51,745 bases of DNA from Candidatus Planktophila sp. (GTDB taxonomy: Bacteria; Actinomycetota; Actinomycetes; Nanopelagicales; Nanopelagicaceae), in contig JBIIJO010000001.1 in NCBI GenBank assembly GCA_044233685.1, positions 1-51,745 of the forward strand, read 5' to 3'. Shown one piece after another: positions 18,468 to 25,988 of this stretch. Numbering within the stretch: position 1 is the first letter of the stretch; every line of letters begins with the position of its first letter. The position numbers and the translations under genes were made by a program. Below the pieces are notes generated by a model. That model saw only the letters and a list, made by a program, of their open reading frames with translations, was not told the DNA's origin and made no database searches.

Positions 18468-20519
18468 ATGCAGATCATTGTTGGGATGGCACTAGGCATC
18501 CTTGTTGCGCTGATTATGGCTGGATTTCCAATTGCCTACTTGGTTGCCAGCAGGATGGGCCAGGAGATATACCTGCGCTTTCCTTTTCTACTAGCTGCTT
18601 CTCTTCTATTTGGATTTTCTCTATCTGCCTTCTCTGCAGTTATTTCTTATGGCACTTTAGGTATTGATACCTACCCTCTTGTATTTGGCGCCTTCATCTT
18701 GCTGTCATGGCTTCTTCTTGTGCCCATGCTCAAGCGATGGAAGTTCAAGTTTTCAGTTAAGTTTCTAAAGTTAGATCTGCTTTTACTCACCCCAACGTTG
18801 TGGGCATTCTTTCTTGTGCGCAACTACTGGGTGAGTCTTACCGAACCTATTGTTCGTGCTGGAATTGGACCTGACACAAGCCAAAACCTCATGGCGGCAA
18901 TTAGTGCACGAACTTTAGGGAGCACGTGGTCAGAGCAAGCAAGTAATGTTAAAGCAGTACTTGGACAGACTTCATTGCGCGATAGCGTCTATGAAATGTT
19001 TCGTAATCCCTCCTTTAGAGATCAAGCAGGTTTTGACTACCTGGTGCTTGGTTCACGGTGGGGATTATCAGTTCCTTATTCCCAAGTCATTCGATTCTTT
19101 GGACCACAGGCAAGTCTGTGGGAGCCAGGAATTGTGTTGTTAGTTTCATTGCTCACCCTTGCGACAATGGCATTTGGGTTGTTTACAGTTTTCTCTAAAT
19201 CATCAACTGCAGCAACGGTGACATCAATAATCTGTATTTCAAATGCGGCATTGATTGTGCAGTTCTTTAACGGTGGATTATCACAGGTCTGGTCACTAGC
19301 AGGCATCATGGGCATCTTTACTACTCTGGCCCTAGTGATTTTAAGAAGGAGATCAGAACAAAGCTTCTCCCTTAAAATTGTTGGCCTGTTTGGTTTTGCT
19401 TCTTGGCTCATCCTTTATGCAACCTATGTTGATGCAGCAATCATTTTGGCTATGTTTATTTTCATCTCTTTGCCTGTGTACTACTTCATTAACCGGGCAG
19501 TCTTTAATGACATTTTGAAGGTCTTTGTCTTAAGTGGTTTGGCAGTTTTGGCAGCTGCCCCAGTCCTTACATACGCAACTATCATCACCTTTGATTTAAG
19601 GTTACAAGCAGCCCAAGGCACAGGAACAGCATCAACACTTTGGCCATTTCCTTCAGAATCACTTGGCTTCATTGATGTCTTTAGTCAGACAAATGCGGTC
19701 AGATCTCCTGAGACTGGTTTAGTTGGCTTTGTCATTACTGCAAGTATTGTGTGGTTACTGGTCAAGCGAATTACCAAACGTAATCTAGATTCAGATTTAG
19801 CAGCGCTAGGTATTACTGGGCTATTAACAATGTTGGTTGGATTTGTCTTGTCGTATGCAGGCAGATTGCACACTCCATACATCTATTCCAAGATTTCAGT
19901 CTATGTAGCACCAATAGTTGTGATTGCCTTCATTGCAATCCTGCAGGCGCCTAAGCAAACAGGCTCTAAGAAATCTTCAAATAAGCAAGGCAATGCTGGC
20001 AAAAATTCCTCTCTTGGTTATCAGAGCGTTTTGATCTCTCTAGCCCTCATTACGGCATTATCCAGCTTTAATGCGACAAATAATAATGCTAAGCAGAGTG
20101 GTGTTATTTCTTATTCATTTGCAGGTCTGATGCAAGATGAGCAAGCTCAAAAGACTCTGTCAGAGAATAACTATCTGGTCACCTACATTGCAGATGCTAA
20201 CTACTTAGGCATCTTTGCTGATGTGCACTGGATATCAAAGGCACCTAACGACATAATCCTTAAAGATCGCCTTGATGTCCCACTACGAGTTCTTTGCTAT
20301 TCCTATGATGGAAATTGCAAGCCATCAACCCCACGCATCTCTGATCCAGTATTGGAAAAATACGGCCTTATTCAATATGAGAGTCCTTATACAACAAGGG
20401 AGTTTGCAGCTCTAACGCCACGTGATCGCTTCACAGCCAATTTCAATGCCACTGGCCAAGCACCATTTGAGATCCCTGAAAGATTCATTGGAGGAAATCC
20501 TTATTACAACCAAAACTAA
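18468..20519 (+). CDS. polytopic membrane protein, possible GT-C glycosyltransferase
   Basis: Many TM helices, GPD in the first large loop, soluble C-terminal domain; SD GGAGG before ATG 18468. Confidence 0.6.
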   Translation: MQIIVGMALGILVALIMAGFPIAYLVASRMGQEIYLRFPFLLAASLLFGFSLSAFSAVISYGTLGIDTYPLVFGAFILLSWLLLVPMLKRWKFKFSVKFLKLDLLLLTPTLWAFFLVRNYWVSLTEPIVRAGIGPDTSQNLMAAISARTLGSTWSEQASNVKAVLGQTSLRDSVYEMFRNPSFRDQAGFDYLVLGSRWGLSVPYSQVIRFFGPQASLWEPGIVLLVSLLTLATMAFGLFTVFSKSSTAATVTSIICISNAALIVQFFNGGLSQVWSLAGIMGIFTTLALVILRRRSEQSFSLKIVGLFGFASWLILYATYVDAAIILAMFIFISLPVYYFINRAVFNDILKVFVLSGLAVLAAAPVLTYATIITFDLRLQAAQGTGTASTLWPFPSESLGFIDVFSQTNAVRSPETGLVGFVITASIVWLLVKRITKRNLDSDLAALGITGLLTMLVGFVLSYAGRLHTPYIYSKISVYVAPIVVIAFIAILQAPKQTGSKKSSNKQGNAGKNSSLGYQSVLISLALITALSSFNATNNNAKQSGVISYSFAGLMQDEQAQKTLSENNYLVTYIADANYLGIFADVHWISKAPNDIILKDRLDVPLRVLCYSYDGNCKPSTPRISDPVLEKYGLIQYESPYTTREFAALTPRDRFTANFNATGQAPFEIPERFIGGNPYYNQN

Positions 20520-22458
20520 GCGCGGCGCTGGATATGTCGCGAAAAATCTAACGATAGGTGATTTCTTCATACAGGCCGTTGGAGCCGTTGCACTCTTTGC
20601 TGTTACTGCCTGGGTAGTTACAGGACTATCAACTAGAACTGAAAGCTCGGATAAATTGACCTATGTTTTCTCTGGAATAGGTGCAATAGCTTTTGGTTTG
20701 TATTTCCTAAAAAACAGACCACCTGCCGGTGTTCAAACTGCTTTGAGTTTTGTGGCCATTGCCACTGTTCTAACAGGAATCGGAATCGTAGAACACAAAG
20801 AGATGTCCAAAGAACACCCTATGGGCTTTGGCTGGGCAGTACTTGCACTTACTTTCTTCTTACTGCCAGTAGTGCATTACTTATTGAGCAAACAAAAATT
20901 GAGTTCGTGGATCAAGATTGCTACCTGGCTGCCGGCCATCTTTGTTCTCTACTGTGTGGTGCTGGCGTTTTGGCAGACTCGAACAACATTAATTGAATCT
21001 GGTCACTCAGAGTATGTGCTGAATGAAATTTGGAGCCCAGCAGCTGGATATAACTCATATCAAAGCTTTGTGCCGCAATACACATTCTTACTCGGTTGGC
21101 TGGTTAAGCCAATCTTGGTTTCGATGGGCGCAATTAACGGTACTAATTTCTTAGTTTTATTACTGACTGCTTTTGGCTTTGCATGCATCGGACTCATGAC
21201 TTGGCTCTCACGCCGTGCTTGGCCTGAACTACCATGGCCGCTTTTGTTGTTTGCAATCCTCTCCTTTTGCACACCAACACCTGGTTGGAACCGCATAAGT
21301 TTCATTGGTCCAGCTAGCACATTGCTTTCAGGCCCAGCCCTTCGCGTTTTTGGAGGAATGATTGTTGGAGCAATAACAATCAATGTGGCACTCAAAGTGC
21401 TCAATGGAAAAGCTCCTAAATGGCAGTTATTAATGCCTGGTGTGGCCTCTGCATTTGTGGTGTGGAACAACTTAGATTTCGGTTTAGCTGCAACTGTTGC
21501 ATCATTTATTGTCTTTGCTGGCGCAGGTGCGGTCAGTGAAAAGGGCAAGTTAGCCTTTCTTTGGCATGCTGCCGGTGGCTTGATTGGCCATGTTGTGATC
21601 TATAGCTATCTTCTCTCGCAAGGCGCAGTTCCTAATTGGTCTCTCTTTGGTTGGTTTGCCCGCCAATTTGGCGGTGGCTTTGGAGCAGTCCTCATTGAAA
21701 TGCCTGGTCCTGTGAACATGGCTTTCCCATTAATGATGGGAACAGCTGCAACTGGATTCTATTTCCTACTTAAGTATGCAAATAAATCTGAAGATGTGTT
21801 CATTAACTCACGAAACAACGTTTCCACGCTCACAGCGTTTTACTTTGGTTCTTTTTGTACCTTTGCACTGCCTTACTACGTTAACCGTTCATATCACGCT
21901 GGACAGATGTCTATTCTCTATATCCCATTAGCTGTTGCATTAATTGCGATCATTGGTCTGATCAAGAGAAACTCATCAGCTACAAGTGGAAAGCAAATGG
22001 TTGGCTATTTCCCTACATTGATCTTGGCATTTATGATGGCAACAGTTCTGTTAATTCCAAACCCAACTATGGAACTCAATAGAATTCAAGGCGGAAATCC
22101 CAACGGAACTTTCCCTCGGCCTCCTTTGGTTGCAGCCATTGACATAATGCCAGCTGCACAAAAGTATGCCGCTGCTAACAATCTCTCAGTTGGCTTCTAT
22201 GGTGAGGGTGGTAATTTTGTTCATGTGCTCAATGGCATGGCATCTGCCAACATCTTTAACTCACCGCTAGATATGTTCCAGAGCAACGCATCAGTCCAAC
22301 TCTCCTGTAAGAATCTTTCAGATTCAAAACTGCAGCTACTTGTGATGACTGAGTCAGCCCGACAAACCTTTGCCTGGGAGGATGGATCATTGTGTGAAGG
22401 ACTCTTTGTGCAAGAAGATGTCCCTGGTGTTGGAATCCTGGGTGTGAGAAAGAAATAG
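20488..22458 (+). CDS. polytopic membrane protein, possible GT-C glycosyltransferase (start uncertain)
   Basis: Long hydrophobic ORF with H.EY.L.E, FVPQY, WNNLDFG and YYVNRS motifs; candidate starts overlap the upstream gene. Confidence 0.6.
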   Translation: MEEILITTKTKRGAGYVAKNLTIGDFFIQAVGAVALFAVTAWVVTGLSTRTESSDKLTYVFSGIGAIAFGLYFLKNRPPAGVQTALSFVAIATVLTGIGIVEHKEMSKEHPMGFGWAVLALTFFLLPVVHYLLSKQKLSSWIKIATWLPAIFVLYCVVLAFWQTRTTLIESGHSEYVLNEIWSPAAGYNSYQSFVPQYTFLLGWLVKPILVSMGAINGTNFLVLLLTAFGFACIGLMTWLSRRAWPELPWPLLLFAILSFCTPTPGWNRISFIGPASTLLSGPALRVFGGMIVGAITINVALKVLNGKAPKWQLLMPGVASAFVVWNNLDFGLAATVASFIVFAGAGAVSEKGKLAFLWHAAGGLIGHVVIYSYLLSQGAVPNWSLFGWFARQFGGGFGAVLIEMPGPVNMAFPLMMGTAATGFYFLLKYANKSEDVFINSRNNVSTLTAFYFGSFCTFALPYYVNRSYHAGQMSILYIPLAVALIAIIGLIKRNSSATSGKQMVGYFPTLILAFMMATVLLIPNPTMELNRIQGGNPNGTFPRPPLVAAIDIMPAAQKYAAANNLSVGFYGEGGNFVHVLNGMASANIFNSPLDMFQSNASVQLSCKNLSDSKLQLLVMTESARQTFAWEDGSLCEGLFVQEDVPGVGILGVRKK

Positions 22459-22528
22459 ATCACTCTCACCACTTGGAAACAGGTGAAATCGGGCGCTAAA
22501 CACGATGCTCTGCCAGCACACCGTTATC

Positions 22529-22545
22529 CCTCAGGTGGTTCTCAG
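22529..22545 (+). promoter_or_regulatory. MprA-box-like tandem hexamer CCTCAG-N5-TCTCAG
   Basis: 11-bp period direct repeat upstream of a TCTAAT-N6-ATG leaderless start. Confidence 0.55.
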
Positions 22546-22567
22546 GTTTAAGCGCTCTAATTGAGCC

Positions 22568-23920
22568 ATGACCCAGCCAACCCGCATTTATAAGCACTCT
22601 TCGGCTGGTACTGACTGGGCCGCGCTACTACTGGGAGCAGGTCTTGGTTTAACTCTGGCGCTGCAGTTAACAACTGTGCGCAAAAGTGATTTCACTTCCC
22701 TGTATGCATCCCTTGCATCTTTTTCACGTCTATCAGCGTTATTGGGAACGTATTTAGCAATCGTTGGCATCTTTTTAGTGGCACGTATTCCATGGGTGGA
22801 GCGGGGAGTTGGCCATGATCGATTGGTTACCTGGCATCGCAACTTAGGTCCTTGGTCGCTCTACGGCATCGGGGCACATGTCTTCTTTATTGTTTTTTCC
22901 TATGCAGGACAAGATTCAATCCCACTCTATAAAGAGCTATGGCGCATGCTTAACTCTTTTGAGTGGATGTGGTTTGCGATGGCTGGATTTGTTTTAATGA
23001 TTTTGGCTGGAGTTACCTCTTACAAAAAAGCACGAGCAAAGATGAGCTATGAAACGTGGTGGATCATCCATGTTTACACATACATCGCTGTTGCCGCATC
23101 CTTCATGCACCAAGTAGTAAATGGACAGATGTTTATTGGTCATCCACTCAACCGTGCTTATTGGACTGGGTTGTATGTATTAATGGCATTTGCCATTGTG
23201 TATTGGCGAATTGGTGTGCCATTGGTGAGATCACTTAAAGTAAACCTGAAGGTTGAAAAAGTGATTGTTGAGGGTCCTGGAGTTATCTCGGTCATCATGA
23301 AGGGCCGTAATTTGCACACACTTGGAGCACAAGGTGGTCAGTTCTTTGGGTGGCGCTTTTTAGCACGTGGACATTTCTTAATGTCACATCCCTACTCTTT
23401 ATCTGCTGCTCCTACCGAGCATCTAATGCGCATTACTGTTAAAGATTTAGGCGATCACTCACGCTCACTTGCTTTTATGAAGCCTGGCACACGAGTCTTT
23501 GTCGAAGGACCTTATGGAGCTTTTACTGCAGAGCGCTCAACGCGCCCCCATGTTGTTTTAGTGGGAGGTGGTGTTGGTATTACGCCTATTAGAGCGATTA
23601 TGGAAGAGCTAAGTGGCGGGGTGCAGATGGATGTAATTTTTAGAGCGTCTAAAGAAGAAGATTTAGTACTAAGGGACGAGTTAGATTACTTAGCGTTTAA
23701 TAGTGGTGGATCTATTCGTATTCACTATCTTGTGGGATCACGAAAGAACCATCCAATGGATGCACGTTCAATGAAGCGCTTAGTGCCACAGTTTGCAGAC
23801 TCTGATGTTTACATCTGTGGTCCAGAGCCTTTGGTGAGCGCAGTGCGAGAAGCCTTTGAAGATGTGGGCGGACCTAAAAACAGATTCCATGATGAGGCTT
23901 TTGCTTTCCACCGCGAATAA
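22568..23920 (+). CDS. ferric reductase-like transmembrane + FAD/NAD-binding protein
   Basis: Heme-ligand His residues (WHR, AHV, IHV, MHQ), HPYSLS, EGPYG, GGGVGITP, ICGP, HDEAF. Confidence 0.9.
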   Translation: MTQPTRIYKHSSAGTDWAALLLGAGLGLTLALQLTTVRKSDFTSLYASLASFSRLSALLGTYLAIVGIFLVARIPWVERGVGHDRLVTWHRNLGPWSLYGIGAHVFFIVFSYAGQDSIPLYKELWRMLNSFEWMWFAMAGFVLMILAGVTSYKKARAKMSYETWWIIHVYTYIAVAASFMHQVVNGQMFIGHPLNRAYWTGLYVLMAFAIVYWRIGVPLVRSLKVNLKVEKVIVEGPGVISVIMKGRNLHTLGAQGGQFFGWRFLARGHFLMSHPYSLSAAPTEHLMRITVKDLGDHSRSLAFMKPGTRVFVEGPYGAFTAERSTRPHVVLVGGGVGITPIRAIMEELSGGVQMDVIFRASKEEDLVLRDELDYLAFNSGGSIRIHYLVGSRKNHPMDARSMKRLVPQFADSDVYICGPEPLVSAVREAFEDVGGPKNRFHDEAFAFHRE

Positions 23921-23973
23921 CTCAAGCATTTATCCACAGAACACCCTTTAATTATGGGGTACACAATTATGGC

Positions 23974-23995
23974 TGTCGGTGGTAGCCTTTAGATT
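23974..23995 (+). promoter_or_regulatory. RecA-NDp / PafBC-type promoter TGTCGGTG-N8-TAGATT
   Basis: Matches the actinobacterial tTGTCRgtg-N8-TANNNT consensus; ATG 6 nt downstream. Confidence 0.65.
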
Positions 23996-24001
23996 GCCGA
24001 A

Positions 24002-24256
24002 ATGGAAATTCGGTTTGCACAATCGGCGCGAAAGCACCGCATTGGTAAGGCTCGAGTGAATTTTGTGATGGAAAATAGCTCCTACACAGTCATTAGTAGC
24101 CAAGATAGCGAAAAGATTCAATGGGTATGGATTGCAAAGGATGATCGAGGGCTGGAGCTAGAGATAGTTGCGGTGGTTCTTGAACAATATTTGCTGATAA
24201 CCCACGTGATGCCCACTAGTTTGAGGAGGAGGGAAAAGAATTGGCAACAAAAGTGA
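24002..24256 (+). CDS. putative type II toxin (BrnT/RelE-like small protein)
   Basis: 84 aa, SARKHRI N-terminus, DDRGLELEIVAV...ITHVMP; overlaps the downstream RHH gene. Confidence 0.6.
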   Translation: MEIRFAQSARKHRIGKARVNFVMENSSYTVISSQDSEKIQWVWIAKDDRGLELEIVAVVLEQYLLITHVMPTSLRRREKNWQQK

Positions 24257-24543
24257 AGCGCAAGTACACGGTGGGCCCTGATGTTGATCTCAGGCGCGAA
24301 GTAGTTCGCCTCAAGGATGGCACACGCCTGACCAATACCCGTGCAGCAAAGATGGCAAAAGATGCAATCAAGCAAGCAGTGGGTAGGCCTTCATTGACTG
24401 CCAAATCAGTTGAGTCTCCACAAATTAAAGTCAGAGTGCCGGTCAAACTAAAAAAAGCCTTGGATAAAGAGGCAAAGCGCCGGGGAGAAACTAATTCAGC
24501 GATTGTGCGAGAAGCGTTAGAGAAATATCTCAAGAGCGCCTGA
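24241..24543 (+). CDS. CopG/ribbon-helix-helix antitoxin
   Basis: GRPSL, then IKVRVPVKLKKALDKEAKRRGETNSAIVREALEKYL RHH pattern. Confidence 0.75.
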   Translation: MATKVKRKYTVGPDVDLRREVVRLKDGTRLTNTRAAKMAKDAIKQAVGRPSLTAKSVESPQIKVRVPVKLKKALDKEAKRRGETNSAIVREALEKYLKSA

Positions 24544-24566
24544 TTAGGGATGTTTTCATTGCAGGC

Positions 24567-24594
24567 TCTCTGCCTGTTCTCAGAAACTCCTCAG
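24567..24594 (+). promoter_or_regulatory. MprA-box-like triple hexamer TCTCTG-N5-TCTCAG-N5-CCTCAG
   Basis: 11-bp period direct repeats upstream of the FMN-binding protein gene. Confidence 0.55.
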
Positions 24595-24655
24595 ATAAAT
24601 GCGGTTATATGGACCATATAGATCCTTTCAAGGGATTCGAGATTGAGGGTATGAG

Positions 24656-25213
24656 ATGAAACGTGGGTTACTGATTGCGGGAGGGGCCTTAGGTGGCCTT
24701 GGCGCAGTCATGGCTATTACACCACCCCAATTCTCATCTACTGAATCTTTAGCCATTGGTGGCGGTGCAATGGGTGGATCAACACCAGCTGCAGTTGCTA
24801 CAGCTACCGCAACAGATTCACCCACTCCTGTTGCAACTAAAGCAACAGGTACAGCAACTAAGAAAGCTACTGCCAGTAAAGCTGCAACACCTGTGGCTAC
24901 TGCAAGTACTTCAGCAACACAAAGTGCTGCACCACAAGGTGTTAATGGAACCTTTAGTGGACCAAGTATTAACGTGAACTACGGAAACGTTCAGGTACAG
25001 ATCACAGTTAAAGACGGCAAGATTGTTGATGCAACTGCCCTTCAAGCACCCAGTGGGCGCAACGATCGTTGGACCAATATGGCTTTGCCTATCTTGAAGA
25101 AACAGACTTTGGCTGCGCAAAGTGCCAACATTCAAGGTGCATCAGGTGCTTCTTATACTTCTTATGGTTGGTATACATCCCTACAAGGAGCGCTAGCTAA
25201 AGCTGGTTTGTAA
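24656..25213 (+). CDS. extracytoplasmic FMN-binding (flavinylated) protein
   Basis: N-terminal anchor, A/T/K linker, YGNVQVQITVKDGKI and SGASYTS flavinylation motif. Confidence 0.88.
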   Translation: MKRGLLIAGGALGGLGAVMAITPPQFSSTESLAIGGGAMGGSTPAAVATATATDSPTPVATKATGTATKKATASKAATPVATASTSATQSAAPQGVNGTFSGPSINVNYGNVQVQITVKDGKIVDATALQAPSGRNDRWTNMALPILKKQTLAAQSANIQGASGASYTSYGWYTSLQGALAKAGL

Positions 25214-25234
25214 GGTATTAGGTAGGCTCACACA

Positions 25235-25987
25235 ATGAATCACCTTCGCAAGCAGTTCCCTGTCTGGGGAACGATTGTGGATGTGGATATTGCATCATCT
25301 GTTGTCAGTGAAGATGGTTTAAATCAAGGAATGCAGCAAGTCATAGATTTTTGTACGCAAGTAGATTCTGACTTCTCTACCTACATTGAAACATCTTGGA
25401 TTTCACGCCTTCGCACAAACCAAATAGAAATCTCTTCTTGCCCACCTTCGGTGCAAGAAGTGTGGAATTTGTGTTTGCAAGCAAAGTATCTAACTGATGG
25501 TGCCTTTGATCCTTGGGCAGTTGAGGGTGGTTTTGATCCATCTGGATTAGTTAAAGGATGGGCTGCAGATAAATGTGCTGATTTATTGCTCTCTCTAGGT
25601 ATTGAGCACGTGCAAGTAAATGCTGCAGGTGATTTATCATTGCGTGGAGGTTTCTACGATGGTGTGGTTAAGCCATGGAGAATTGGGGTTGTTAATCCAG
25701 ATAATCGCGCTGAAGTGGTAGAGACTTTTGAGATTAGCGATGGTGCAATTGCAACATCAGGAACATATGAGCGCGGAGCGCATATCAATGATCCCTACAC
25801 CGGTCTTATTGCAATAGGTGCACGCTCTGCAACGGTCGTTGGTCCATTGGGTTGGCTCTGTGATGCTCTGGCAACTGCATTGATGGTTGCTGGCGCTGAT
25901 GGGGCAAAGTACTTTGCTCAGCCTGAATTAGCTGGCTATAAGCCTTTTGTTATTAATCGACATGAAAATACTTCGTGGAGCATCTAA
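25235..25987 (+). CDS. apbE: FAD:protein FMN transferase
   Basis: TDGAFDP, DPSGLVKGWAAD, NAAGD, ATSGTYERGAHI.DP, DALATA. Confidence 0.9.
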   Translation: MNHLRKQFPVWGTIVDVDIASSVVSEDGLNQGMQQVIDFCTQVDSDFSTYIETSWISRLRTNQIEISSCPPSVQEVWNLCLQAKYLTDGAFDPWAVEGGFDPSGLVKGWAADKCADLLLSLGIEHVQVNAAGDLSLRGGFYDGVVKPWRIGVVNPDNRAEVVETFEISDGAIATSGTYERGAHINDPYTGLIAIGARSATVVGPLGWLCDALATALMVAGADGAKYFAQPELAGYKPFVINRHENTSWSI

Positions 25988-25988
25988 A

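Noticed and set aside
23930-23938. Perfect DnaA box as a replication origin
   Set aside because: Single copy with no box cluster or dnaA/dnaN context
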